A stretch of DNA of 64,000 nt from Octopus sinensis (lineage: Eukaryota): assembly GCF_006345805.1 (NCBI RefSeq), contig NC_043003.1, forward strand, positions 9,052,001 through 9,116,000. The letters run 5' to 3'. The notes beneath the pieces were generated by a model, which did not search any database, was not told where the DNA came from, and saw only the letters and a list, made by a program, of their open reading frames with translations. Every line of letters starts with the position of its first letter. Within the stretch, counting starts at the first letter, position 1. This document shows, piece by piece, positions 37,068 to 52,157 of this stretch. Both the position numbers and the translations under genes were made by a program.

Positions 37068-39808
37068 ATTTGATCTGTTCAGAGAGAGAAGTATATCTAA
37101 TAGCTATATATAGTTACTAACCGTAGTGAATTTGTTCAACAGATTACATTGATTTGTATTAGAAGTGTGATGATTGTTGATTTATTCATATTGTGTTAAT
37201 TCTTTTTGCAGTAAACATAGTTTATTCTCTGCTATATCTACTCTTCAGCACCAGAGAAAACTATTCACAGCACACTGGAGCTGTCACTGTATTGTAATAA
37301 TATTGTAAACAATACAACAAGCCCAGTATTGTGGTAGTAAAATAAATAAATCATTTTTATTCATTTATATTACAATATATTAATTTAAGTCATAATTAAT
37401 CCTTTCACAAACCATAAGAGTGATTCGCTCCAGTTTTCACCATTTTATGTAGATGAGAAAACATCTCTTAATTACTCTTTTAGATGTAGTTTTCTTTCAT
37501 AAGATCTGATATTTATTCTCTGTCGAGATAAACTGATAAAATAATAAATTATCTTCAGAGAATGAAAAAGTCAGTTCTTAGTCTTAGACCCTGTAGTATC
37601 AAATTCCTTTTTGACTGAATGCAAGTTAATTATAATTAATATTCCAAGAGAGAAGAACTAGCCTACTATTACCAGTTGTTTGGTGAACTGAAGCTTGTTC
37701 AGAATAGATTTTTTCCAAAAAATGAAAGAACCTGCAGTGCAATATGAGAACATTATGCTTGTGTTGTGTTATGTATACACAACTTTATTCACTTACTCAT
37801 TACATCTTTATTCACTATTCTAGCAGTCTATGTACTTTGAGTATTTCTCTGAAATATAACTGTTATGGATGGCCATATATCCAGCAGTGGAGGGAAGTAA
37901 AATTAGTGCTTAATAATTAGTATACTTTAAAAAAAAAACCATATAATGAAAATCCCCCCCAGAAGTGTTCATGAGGGCAACAGATATGTATTTTCTGCTG
38001 TAGTTGATAATCTGCAATTATAGCAAAATTAGCAATTAGTATTCATTCCTAATAATTATGCAAATGTTAAACCTACTCAACTTGCATGGCAAACTGGAAA
38101 TATAATACATTGATATATTATTATTTTTAACTGATTTTTGGTAATATTTTTATTATTTAGAAAGCTTTTATTATTTAGAAAGAGTGTAACATATTGGATC
38201 TATTTTCATATGTAACTGGTAGAGAATTCTTGAATATTGAGGTTATCTCTTCTTCAAGTGAAACTGGTCTCAATTACCATTTGGCAATTATGATAGAACT
38301 TCTAGAAGCAGAGATAATTTTCATAAATCAGGACTTTATGTCATATGATATTTGATATTCTCATATTTGTTCATGATACAGGTGACTGGCCTTTTATGAG
38401 TTATTTCTCTGTGCTTGTTTTTGCTTAAATTGATTAATTCACAAACATATTAAAATAGAAGTCAAAAAGGATTCAACGGGTTCTGGGACCCTGAAACATC
38501 AAGTTTTATAGGAGACAATTTAAACTGTCCAGCACAATACTTTACCATCAACATACCAGTTCCATAGTTCTTGAATGTGTAAAAATAATGGAAACTTTTT
38601 CTATTTTTTTCTTATTCGAAAGAAAGATGTATGTTCTCTTTCTCTCACTCTTTCTCTTTCTTTTTTTCTCTACAGCTTTGAAAAGATGGAAGAAAAAGGG
38701 GTGATCTAGCAGCATTGTAAGTTGGACAAAATGCTCAATGGCATTTCTTCCAGTTCTTCACATTCTGTGTTTAAATTCTGCTGAGTTCATCTTTGCCTTT
38801 CATCTTTTCGATAAAATGTGCCAATTGAGCACTGGGGGTTAATATAATTGAATTCCTTCTTCCTTTGAAGATAACTGGCCTTGTGCCAAAAGTAGGAAGA
38901 ATTATTCCTGTCCAAATACAACAGTATACAGCTAGATGGTCATGGTGGGGTTAAAGCCAAATATGGTAGAGTAGGGAGATAATAAAGCCACCACATCAAC
39001 AGCATTCGCTAAAGACAACATAAACAATAAAGAAATTAAAAAAAAGCCCCAAACCAAAAAAAAAACATCAACAATATGAAGCGAAAATGATGGTGATAGT
39101 AGTGCTGATGATGGTGATGATAGTGGAGATGATAATGAGTTCTTGGAATGGAAAATGTTATTGGATTCTTTTTTATTTATTTATTAGGCTTATTCTTTAA
39201 AAAATAATATTGTATAAAACACATGAATTTACATCAAGAATTTTGCAAACTTAAAACAAAAACGAAGTATTGTGTAAGATTTTATTGAAGTTTTTGGTAA
39301 TTTTTTCGATTATATACAAACTGCTTCCACCCCAGAATCACATACGTAAATTCAAAGACAAGCATACATAAGTTTTATACACATAAGAATTTCACCCCTT
39401 ACATATGTGCACACGCATGTGAACATTCACAAACACATATGCACATTATATATATATATACATACATACACACAAGCTGTTGTATCTAGAGAACAAATTT
39501 CATTTCATTACACATATCTACACTGATACTTGTGAATACACTGCTACTGGCTACATTGAGGCACATGCATTTGACACCCAAATGGACACAATCATATACG
39601 CATGCATATACATATCCTTACACTTTTACATAGACATACATACACACATGCATACATACAAGCAAGTACACATACATTCAAAGATGCAAATATGTATACA
39701 AAAATATATGCATACAATGGATATTTATACACAATTATACACACTTGAAACCAGCTAATATTCATGTACATATTTATATGTTTATCTATCCATCTATCTA
39801 TTTTCTCC

Positions 39809-39869
<61 letters not shown>

Positions 39870-41216
39870 ATTAAGATATAAACTCAAATTAGGCAATCAA
39901 CTTTTTATACATACTCATACTGTTATAAATCCGATTTAAAATGCGTATGTATATATATTAATACATATCAACATATAAGAATATTTAAAAAAATATTTTA
40001 AAAAATATAAATATATATAAATACACATAGAAATACATGTAAATAAAACCTATGTGGAATATATATATAGAAAGAAGTGTGAGAAAAAGAACTGATAATT
40101 TTTTTTTTCCATACCAATATTAAGAGTGGTTAAGAGATTCACTTAAATGATCCCTTAGAATTCAATGTGTTTTTTCAAAAATATATATATGGTAAATAAG
40201 TTATATAATACAATTCGATATTTCGTAAGAAATAACAATAACATTATATATATATTCATATATAAAATATAAATTAGAGATAAAACCACTATTATGCAAC
40301 TCAAACAGTGATAGACATAAACCAATACATAAATAACCAATATATATATCAATTTTTTAAAAATATATAACTTATAACTAGATTTCAAAAAGTATAAAAT
40401 TAATGATTATATATAATATAATATACATATATATATATATATTTATATATAGAATGGTTGCATACTGTCAATCTAACACGAACGTGACAGCCCCACCACC
40501 GTACATGTCTCTACGAGAGATTTAGAAATTTAGTATTTCTGATATATATATATATATCTACCCAGATAACACAGATTTATGTATGTAAACATATAGGGAA
40601 ATAGGGAAACTGACATACATGCACACACACACACACACACACTTAACATTTGCTGTGACTTCAGAATCGAGCCTAGAAACTTTCCCAGAGAGTCAAACAA
40701 CTTAAGTTTCATCCTTGGGTGTTCTAAGTGTCAGTTAGTGTAAGAGGCTATGAAAGTATCGATGATGTTTATTGATTGATCTCAGTCTTGAAGTAATCTG
40801 CATCTCTTTACTGACTTCCTATGCTAAAAAAAAAAAAGTTTTTAAAATAAATAAATAAAATAAAATGAAATAAAAAAAATAAAGAAACCTCTAAGAGGTG
40901 ACAGCTTTTCATTTTCTCATTAGAGAAACCATAAGTAGAAGTAGTTGTAGATGTGGTAATAGTAGTAGTAGTAGTTGTAGTAATAGTAGCATAACAATAA
41001 ATGCAACAACAGCAATAATACTCGTTGCCGTTTTGGACCATTTATGGGCAATAAAATGAAGAAATGAAGACAATGTTGGTGTTGATGATGGTGATGATGA
41101 TAACAGATGAAGATGAAGATGATAATGATGGGGATGATGATGTTTGTGATGATGATAATGATGTTTAACGATGATGAAGAGGATTCCGATGAAAATGACA
41201 ATGACTATGATGATGG

Positions 41217-41255
<39 letters not shown>

Positions 41256-41568
41256 CGACAGCAATAATGGCAATAATGACTGAAAATGTTGCTGCTGATG
41301 ATGCCGATGAAGATGATGATGGGGAATGATGGTGGGGATGATGATGGGGAGGATGATGACAAGGATAAGGAAAATCCCGCAAAGATTGTAAAAGTGATAT
41401 TGTATGTTTATTGCTTTCCTTTTGTACACTGATTTCTTAGATTTTCGTTCTTTTGCAAAAAAATTCCATACATGTCTTACATAACTATATAAAAACCAAC
41501 AAAATCCAGATAAAAGATATACATACTTGCATTCATACATATATGCATACATATATATATATACATAC

Positions 41569-41604
<36 letters not shown>

Positions 41605-41890
41605 GTATGTATGTATATATGTATGAATATATATGTATGTATAGTATTATATTTCTCTTCTTGGTTATGATTAAATGACTGCTGTAGATATATATATATA
41701 ATATACATAACATAATGCACATAACTAAATCATTGTTATCATTTATATCTATAGACATGATGTTTGATTGGTCAAACCTGATCATTGGTGAAACAATTGT
41801 AAACCATAGAATAAATGTAATGCCATATATATATATATGTATATATATGTATGTTTGAATGTATATATATATGTATGTGTGTGTATATAC

Positions 41891-41936
<46 letters not shown>

Positions 41937-42719
41937 GCATATATATTCATATGTATATATGTGTTTCTATACTTGCCTATATGTACCATAATAAAAGTAT
42001 CTTATATTTATAGACATATATAAGACTCATATGAATGAGTGGTTGACTAGTAGACTAAATCTGTTGCCTGAATAATGCCGCAATTTTGCCTGTGAGCTCC
42101 TTTGATTAAGTATGGTCTACTGCAGGCATTTGAATCATGGGTGCACTTAGAGACTAACTCTGTTCTTAACACAAGTTTTAGAAGCATCAGAAAGAGTCAT
42201 GGCTCTCTTTTTTCTCTGACCAAATCATATATAAAAGAATAACAAAATTTAAAATGGAAGCAATTTCAACTCACATTGGATCATAGTTTAGAATTTATAT
42301 AATTATGCTAAAATAACAACTGTAAATTTAATGATAGATATAGTAAAAAGGAAAATAGTTTTTCATTTAGTTTATCCATAGAAGCATTAGAAGTAGAAAT
42401 TGATCTGATTTACTGAGGATCTAATTTTCTTTTCTTGCCATAAAAATAGTAGTTGTTTGAAGGTATAGAACTGATAGAGAGAAAAATATATTCTATAGTT
42501 GCTAATATACATATATATGCATATTTTTATATGCATGCATGTATGTATGTATGTATGTATGTATGTATGTATGTATGTATGTATGTATGTATGTATGTAT
42601 GTACGTACGTACGTATGTATGTATGTATATATATAGGTGTGTGTGTATATATATATATGTATGTGGTTTGGATATATGTATACTATATATATAAATATAA
42701 GAATGGTATTAAAATACTG

Positions 42720-42767
<48 letters not shown>

Positions 42768-43702
42768 GTGTGTGCATGTGTGTGTGTGTATGTGTTTATG
42801 TATATATATGTATATATCATGTATTTAAAACTAATTACTTAAAAATAATCAAATCATACTATTTTAATTTTTACCGAAAGTGTAAATTATGCAATGCACA
42901 TGGCATCCTCCTAGCCATATATAGTCTTGCTCACTCTTACATATACACACACATACACGCTCACATACCTTTATATGCACATGCTAACACACACACACAT
43001 AATACATTGCAAGCATATCTCACCATCCACCCTATTCTAAAGATTTAATTGTAACACTTTCCTTACTGTAGTTTTTGAAAATATCGATTTTTTGGTATCA
43101 AAATGTGTTTCACATTCATGTTCATGTCTCTATTGTCTGTCTGTTTACTTGGTTTTCTTGTTTATGTTGCTGCCATTAATAAATTCTAATGTTTTGGAAT
43201 TGTCAGGTAAAAATCTGACTGCTGCCAACATTATTGACCATCAGAGCACTCAAAACAAGTTTCTATGACAAATTACAAAGGTTGTTGACATTTTCTTCCA
43301 TTATATTTCCTTACTTCTTAGCTTAATGGTTGATCAAGACTGTTGAATGTAATATTATTTTTTTGTTTGGACAATCTTCTTTTTTTTGGTGGTGAAGGTC
43401 ACCAAATTTTTCTAAGCATCGAGTGCTCTTGTTTGTTATTTAAATGTTTATCATTTGATCTTTTACTCAGCAATACTGGGGCACTGTCTTGAAAGATTTT
43501 AGTTGAATAAATTGAGCCAAATACTTTTTAAATCTGGTATTTATTTTTATCAGTCTCTTTTGCTGATCTGTTCAGTTATAGGGACATAAGCAAACCACCA
43601 GCAAGGGGACAAAAACAAAGACACATACATACAAACATATATATATATATAGATATATATATATATACATCTATACACACATACATATCCATATATAGAT
43701 AC

Positions 43703-43761
<59 letters not shown>

Positions 43762-46069
43762 CATACATATATATATACATATGTATTTATATGTATTTGT
43801 ACACATACAAATACACACACACACACATGTATATATATATATATATATATATAGATATATATATGCATATGTGCATATATGATGGGCTTCCACACAGTTT
43901 CTGTCTGCCAAATCCACCCGCAAGGTATTTGTTAAACCAGAGCTACTGTAGAAAATACTTGCCCAAGGTGCTGCACAATGTAACTGAACCTGAAACCATG
44001 GAGGTTTCCAGCCATGCAGGTATACATGCTACAAGCAACAAGTTTAGCCACGCAGTTACACCAATTCCTAGAGGCCATTCCCATGCTTAGAGGCTGGAGA
44101 CATTCCCAATGCTTGGAAATTTTCTTACTTCTTGGAACCTATCTCCGGCTAGGTTGCCTGGGTATTTTCTCTTTTGGCAGTTAAGTGCAGAGCACACATA
44201 GAGTGCAGTGGACTAAACAAGTTGTTCATTGTGCCATCTACTCATTTCTGGTACCTTGCAACCATGAATATGGTTCATAATGCCACAAGCAGTCAGATTT
44301 CGTAATGGCAATTCCAAAATTCCAAAATTCAATTCACTCACATGAACACACACACACACACCACACACGACTTTGTTTTCTCAGAACCCATGCTCTCTCT
44401 TGCTGGGCAGTGAGCTGTAATCGAGAGTGATAAGCTACAAAAATACTTGGGCACTTACTAAACGACTTCCAAAGTTACACATACATATATATGCCTATAT
44501 AAATATATATATATATGTGTGTGTGTGTATGTGTATATATGTATAATTTGCAAACAAAGCTACAATCATATGTTTAAGAATACTTTTAATGCTGTTGAAA
44601 AATAAATACCTGTGGTTAGAAAATTAAACAAGCTGACCATTTGATTAGTTTAGGCTGTTTTCAAAGCCATTGTCAGGACTTTGTTATTTTTTCTGGTTGC
44701 TGAGCGAACAGAGGAACACTACCTTATGAAGAATGGATAATGTGAACATGGTAAATCTACGCCCAGTCTTAATTACATCGTGATGTAACTGACTGAGTGT
44801 ATATTTGTGTATACATATAGATACATATTCATTCATGTATAAACCCTAGAGTTTACCTTATTAAACTCATTCAGTATGTGTTTTTTGAATGACACCTGAA
44901 GAATCAATAGCTGTAACTATTATCACATAATATTGCAAGATTGATGAAATAGATTTCAGATGAAACAATTGTAAACTGATGCATTAAAAAGTTGCTCATT
45001 CCATTTTACTTGTTTGTAAATATATATATATATATATGAATATGTATATGTATATGTATATGTATGTATGTGTATATGTGTGTGTATTTAGAGTTCATGT
45101 ACTATAGATGGGCTAAAACACACTACATATGTGTGAATACATATACAGTCACATACACACACACATGCATATATATGTGTGCATATGTGTGTGTGTGTTT
45201 GTGTGTGTTGGCCCAAGCGTATTATTTACCTTCACATGTCTTTTTCCTGTAATTGTCAACTTACAACTGCTCAAATGAAGCATGAATTATTTAAATCTCA
45301 GTGATTCTTTGGGAGCCTGAAAAGGCGATGGTCACAGACACTTCCTCCAGACAAATCCAAAAATAAAAAATGAAAAACTGAACCTCATAAAATTGATTTG
45401 TTTGTGTTTTAAAACATGTTATTGTATTTTAAGCTATGAATACTGAAAGTGATTCAAATTGAATCTAATGCTTTTATAGTTATGTTCAAATTCTGTTATA
45501 TTTTGAATCTAGCCCTTCATTTTCTTATGCTAATAAAATATGTACTAATGGACTACCATTTCTCTTATCACGAAACTGGCTTTTGTGCTAGCCAGAAACA
45601 AAAAAATTATTATTGCTATTTATTTTCTCTGTGTCATCTGCTTGTTCTGTTCCTCTTCATTGCTATTTTATTTTCATCTTTTTCTTCAATTATCTCCCTT
45701 TACACCTTTTCCTTCTCTCTTGTCTCCTTGAAAATCTTGAATATGAGACAGAGAGATAGACAAGTAAAGAAGAAAAAAACAGTGAAGCTCTTCTCATTCT
45801 TTTTCTTTATTTTCTGATTAAACCCCATCTTTCACTCTCTTCCTACAACAGATGGTTGAGTGTGTTAAAATGACATATCTTTCAAAGAACAGGGTTCAAG
45901 GTTTGACTCCTGAGTGACACTGCCTTCTTTTTACATTACTAGTATTCTTAAGAAGGGTTTGAGACATTTAGGCACAGTTGTTTTGACCCAACTTATTTGG
46001 GGTCACAGATTCAATGCTGACTTGCTTGACACTCTGTCACTCTGTCTCTGTTTATGTGTGTAAGAATGT

Positions 46070-46879
46070 TTCTATGTATTGTGTCTGAGGAGAGGGTAAG
46101 TTTATGCTAATCATGTTCAATTCATAAACTGTAATCTCTCTCTCCCTCTCTGTTTGTGTGTGTGAGTATCTAGTTATGTTTGTGTAATTTCACTCTTCCT
46201 CCCCTGTTTACATATATGAGCATTTTTCTCTTTATGTATGTGAGGAGATTGAAAATGCTTCTGTCATTTATGTTCAGTTAATAAATAGTAATGTGTCTCT
46301 CTATCTTTCCCTCCTCCATTTTATTTATCTCCCCTACTCTCTCTCTCCATCTGCCTCTCTCTCTCCATCTTTCTCTCTCTCTCTCCATCTTTCTCTCTCT
46401 CTCTCCATCTGCCTCTCTCCCTCACTCTCTCTGTCTCTGTCTCTCTCCATCTGCCTCTCTCTCTCCTTGTTGATGTGTGTAAGCATATCTCTCTTTATGT
46501 GTGTGAGGAGAGGGAAAATGCTTATGTCATTTGTTTCATTTAATAAATAGTAGTGTCTTTCTTTCTGTCTTTCCCCTTCTCTTTCTTTATCTCTCTCCCT
46601 CTCTCTCTCTTTCTCTCTTTGTTTATATGTTAGCATATTTCTCTCTATGTGTATGAGGAGAGAGAAAGTGTTTACATCACTCATATTCACTGTTCTCCCT
46701 CTCTCCCTCTCTCTCTTTCTGTGTGTTTGTGTGTGTGAACCTATTCAACTTTATGTTTATGAGAAAGAGAAAGTGGTTGTGTCAAGCTCGTCCAATTAAT
46801 AAATTGTAATGTCTCTCTCTGTATCTCTATCTATCTCTGCATGTCTCTCTCTCTTTGTGTGTATGTCTCTCTATGTCTC

Positions 46880-46911
<32 letters not shown>

Positions 46912-46930
46912 ACTCTCTCACTGTCTCTCT
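46070..46930. repeat. Degenerate array of a ~75-bp unit separated by (CT)n tracts
   Basis: tatgt.tgtgaggagag.gaaaatgctt.tgtca...ttaataaatagta recurs near 46074, 46220, 46483, 46632 and 46751. Confidence 0.65.
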
Positions 46931-48309
46931 ATATGCATGACTTTCTGTGAAGGAGTATATATGTGCATGTTTCCTTCCAGTGCCAAAGAAAGCCACCAAA
47001 AACAGCTCCAATATCCAGACAGTCATACAAAATCCCCAGCATCCAACAGCATTGAAACAGCTGTAGCCATTCGTCTTATTTTATCTTAAGAAAAACCTGT
47101 GCATTACAACACCTATATACCATTCCAGTCTTATTAGTTTGCATATCTATGTTGGTAATTTATATTTATTTAAACTTGTGCAGTGAAAAGATCCTCATGA
47201 CAATTTTATAATCCCGGTTTCAATTTTTGATCAGAAGCATTTCCTTTGTCTATTTGAACTAAATCTTCCATGGCTGATGATTTTGAGAAAAAACTTCTCA
47301 TTTCTTTCCTTGCATAGTTTACACTAAAAGAGCATAAGCAAACATCTTTACAATGTCAATAGGTAAAAATTGCAGGCTAGTAGTTGTGAGTTTAAGGTGC
47401 TATACTTTTGTCCATATATGGTCATTAGTTACACACACACACACAAATGCACACACATACACTCACACACACACACACACACACACATGCATAAGTGTCA
47501 AATGATGACAATGAATGCTCAACACCGCATTGGTGAAGAAAATTTCTTTATTTGTGTATTAAGGCTACCGCTGGTTTCATGCTAAGAAAAAATATCTTAA
47601 TATCTTAATAATTATTTTAACATATATATACATGTATGTGTATGTGTGTACCATTGAGTTTATGCTCTTGTACAACATGTGATAACTTTGCTTGCATCAA
47701 TCTGCAATAATGAGAGACTCCACATTTACTTCAATACAATATAGATATACAAATTTGCCCCTCCCCACCAAATATAAATAGATAAAAAAAGAAAAAGTAT
47801 AAAATATAAATAAACAATCAAAAAGACATCATATTATCCCATCCAGGCATGCCTGGAAAAGTATCAATGTAAAAGTTATGTAAATCAGTAAAAATGAAAG
47901 TAAATGATAGAAACAATGCAGAAATATATAAATGGAAACTACTTTTATTTCATTTCAATGATTTCTTTTTCTGTGTGTACATGGAGAAAACATATAGACA
48001 GAAAAGAACAAAAGTCAGTACAATCAATGTATTTTCTATTGGATATTATTTATTCGTGTTTACTTTATTTTTACTTGTATAATGGTGGATTTCACATTAG
48101 TTAGGTGTCTTTCAATATATATAAGAGAGATTTGATGAGATGTATTTTTACTTGCAGGTGTGTGTTTTTTGTCACCACCCCAAATGTACATGCACTGATA
48201 CACACACATATTTGTGTGTGTGTATATATATATATATTATATATATATATATATGTATACATATAAATGTATACATTTATATACCTATATGTTTATATAT
48301 ATGGTTGTA

Positions 48310-48342
<33 letters not shown>

Positions 48343-49275
48343 GTAAATATAAATATAAATATATATACATATGTAAAGAGAAATGAACAACCAATCATAG
48401 ATGTATGGAATATATTGACATCAGTTGCTACATAATTTTATATGAAATAATCAAGTCTTTACAGCTGTTTTGATGTATCCTGTGAATTGTGGATGTTTTT
48501 ATGCATATTATGCATATTACGCTATTATGTATAGGCCTTACACGGCAGAAAATTATCAAAAACCACATAAGTAAACATAATATCAGTATTCATTATGATA
48601 ATTAAGTACCTTCATATATCACGGCAACTATCTGCATTAGCATCCTCATACTTACTATATATCTATAAATGTATACATGCATATATACATTCATGAATAC
48701 ATACATACATACATACATACATACATACATACATACATACATACATACACATACATATACATACATACATACATTCATACATACATACATACATACATAC
48801 ATACATACATACATACATACATACATACATACATACATACATACATACATACATGCATACATACATACATACATACATACATAATTGCATACATATATAT
48901 AAAACCACTGGACACATCATAAACCATTCCAGTGTTGGTGTATGTGATTTTGAAATCCATGACACTGGTTATATTTGCTGTGAAGTTAATTATCTCCCCT
49001 GTGCTTCTATCTGTCTTTTTCTTAATGCGAGCACTCATTCAAATGTCTATTGTATGGAATGCAGTTACCAAATTATCTTGTTTTCAACCACTTGATAAAA
49101 GGGCAAATAAATTCATATATCAGCAAGGAAACCGTGGGTAATGGTATTTCACAAAATTTGTGGTTTTTTATTATGATACATACATACATACATACATACA
49201 TACATACATACATACTACATACATACATATATATATATATATGTATATATATTATACACACATATGTCACTCTGT

Positions 49276-49340
<65 letters not shown>

Positions 49341-49380
49341 CACACACATATATATATATATGTATATGCATGTATGTATG

Positions 49381-49425
<45 letters not shown>

Positions 49426-50079
49426 TATTGTATACCATCTCAGATATTTCTTTTACATGATATTCTGTAAAATAGTTATTCTCATGCCTGAAGTTAACCA
49501 ATGTCATAGGAATTGAATTACCTGCTTGATTTGTTTATATCAAATATTACAATTTTCTATGATTCTTTTTCATCTGAGACCAAACTTAATCAAACAGTTA
49601 TTTTTCTGTTAGTTTTGTCTACTTTCTAAAACAGACCAATTTATCAAGTTTTAGAATAATTTTTTCTTATCGAAGCCAAATATTTTTCCTCGTTATTTTT
49701 CTCTAATTTCTTCTTCTTACTCTTAGACAATTCTTTCATTAATATTATTATCATTAATAAGTGGCAAGCTGGCAGAATAGTTAGCTAGCTGGACAAAATG
49801 CTTAGTCGATAAAATAAATACCAGCTGAGCACTGGGGTTGATTTACCCATTCCCTGAACTTGCTGGCCTGGTGCCTAAAGTTGATATCAATATTATTATC
49901 ATTATTTTAAAATTTTAAATTCAGTAAGCCTATTATATTAAGTTATGCTTTCACTGCATAGATGAGCACAGCTAAATGTGCCTTGAGTATGTGCAGTGCT
50001 GCAGTTCTATCTTCATGTTTTTGCTTACATATTGACAATGTTCTGTGTGCAGTTCCTAGAAGTGCTATTGTTTCCGAGT

Positions 50080-50150
50080 ACCGACACTGATGAAGGCAAT
50101 AGGTAATGTTTTTTATTACTTTAAGCCCGAAGCATAATTATGTATGCGGT
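50080..50150 (+). ncRNA. Degenerate hammerhead motif with extended stem II
   Basis: ACCGACA-CUGAUGA-AGGC...GUAAU-GUUUUUU-AUUAC...GCCC-GAAG-CAUAAUUAUG-UA|UGCGGU; perfectly palindromic stem III, GAAA mutated to GAAG. Confidence 0.55.
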
Positions 50151-50408
50151 TAATCAAAATTTTGATTCACTTTTCTTTCTTTTGCCAGCCTTTTATGTAG
50201 TGTGTTTCTCTCGGAGAACTTATAGTGGTAATAGTGTCTCTTGACATCTATTTTTCAGTGTGTGGTGAGGCACAAGCCAAGCCCTTGTTATAATTATTTA
50301 TAAAATGTACCTATGAGGTTTTATTTCCTCGCTGACCACTTGGTATAAATCATTAATGATTTTTACCCTTTTATTATTATTATTATTATCATTATATATA
50401 TACATATA

Positions 50409-50453
<45 letters not shown>

Positions 50454-50710
50454 TAATATAATTATTATGATTATTGTTTTTATTATTATTAAGGTGGTAA
50501 GCTGGCAGAGTCATTAGCACACCAGGTAAAATGCTTAGCAGATTTTCATCTGTATTTACATTCTGAGTTCAAATTCCACCAAGGTCAACTTAGCCTTTCA
50601 TTCTTTTGGGGTCGATAAATGAAGTACCAGCGAAACACTGGGAGGTTGATGTAATCAACTATTCCCCTCCCCACGCCAAATTTCAGGCCTTGTGCCTATA
50701 GTAGAAAGGA

Positions 50711-50753
<43 letters not shown>

Positions 50754-51356
50754 GACTAATCATAATGCAATAAATGGAAAATTTAATTAGCTGTATCACA
50801 AAGCTCATCCCCATTGTGTTTTGTATGTGTACAGTGTGTATAAAATTTTCTAAATTTATATAACCTTTTGTATGTATGTTTATAAGCATACATGCATGTG
50901 TATAAATAGCTACATGTATGTAATCTTGTGTGTGACATAAGTAGCAGAAAAATTCTTGGTGGTGAACCAAATCTGTGTTTTATTTCAATTCCTAGTTGGG
51001 ACTGCTTCACTTAGTGATTTTCAAAAACACATGAACACCACAACATCCTATTTCTCCACTTGTAAAACAAAACTGATTTCTCAGCTACATAAGAAATGAT
51101 TATTATTATTGTTATTATTATTATAATTATTATTTATCATTATTATTTATATTATGATTATTATTAAATCTTTTTTAATAATTTTCTGTTTTTTATCACT
51201 TTTTTCTTAAAATATGTATTTTTTTGTAACAACAGCTCAGTTCGTTTTGCTTAAAAAATTTTCTTCCAGTTTTCAACCATTTGATATTGACATCTTAGTA
51301 ACAAGCACAAACTCTGATTGCTGACTTTTCTATTTCTCATATCTATTTAATCTTCT

Positions 51357-51598
51357 GTTGTGTCTCAGGAGAGTCATTTTCTTTTTGTGCCTTATTATGT
51401 AACACACTCACCGGTAAAATTTCCACTTTTTTTCTTATTTTCATTGTCCTAAAATTTTCGTTGCGTCTTGCAACCTTTTCAATAGTTTTGATACAACGAA
51501 AATTTTAGGAAAATAAAAATAAGAAATACGTGGAAATTTTACTGGTAAGTGTGTTACATAATAAAGCACAAAAATAAATGACTCTCCCCAGACACAAC
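51357..51598. mobile_element. Foldback/MITE-like inverted repeat, ~105-bp arms
   Basis: gttgtgtctcaggagagtcatttt...aaaattttcgttg versus caacgaaaatttt...aaatgactctccccagacacaac. Confidence 0.8.
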
Positions 51599-52026
51599 AA
51601 AATATGCTTCAACACACGAACTCATATAAAGAATCTTGCAAACCAAATCCAAAAACGAAATATTTAATCTTCCTTTTCCTTCTGTCATATTATCCTTCTA
51701 GCTTAATCTGATAAACATACGTCTCACTTTTACATCAAAATTCTCCTTCAAACTATTTACACCTCTTTACAGGTTACACCTAACCCTTTAGCATTCAGAT
51801 TACTTTGTCAAATGTAATATTTATTTATTCACGTTGTTTAGAATTAATCATGCTTTATCTCATAGCTTCAAGATGTCAATGTAGTGATTGTTTATTTTTT
51901 AGAATGATATTGTAGACCATGTGTGAGAGGCCAGATCTGGCTGGCTGGAACGTCAAACATGTTGAATAAGTCAGCCACATATGGTCAGATTAAATGTTAA
52001 AGCTTGAAGCAATCTAGCAGTATATT

Positions 52027-52145
52027 ACATACAGCCATATCACATTGGATGTATCGGTTCTCATCCGATCACCAAAGTTAATCAATGTCGAGCCTAGTTA
52101 GTACTTAGATGGGTGACCACTTGGGAAACCTAGGTGCTGTAAGCG
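52027..52145 (+). pseudogene. 5S rRNA pseudogene (full length, ~119 nt, diverged)
   Basis: acatacagccatatcac...ccgatcaccaaagttaatcaatgtcgagcctagttagtacttagatgggtgaccacttgggaaacctaggtgctgtaagc aligns by eye end to end with eukaryotic 5S rRNA, with many transition substitutions. Confidence 0.85.
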
Positions 52146-52157
52146 TCACACAATTTT

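Noticed and set aside
47270-47301. AUGG-CUGAUGA-UUUUGA-GAAA-AAACU-UC|UCAU hammerhead-like string
   Set aside because: Only a 4-bp stem I and 1-bp helices in AT-rich DNA; compatible with chance.
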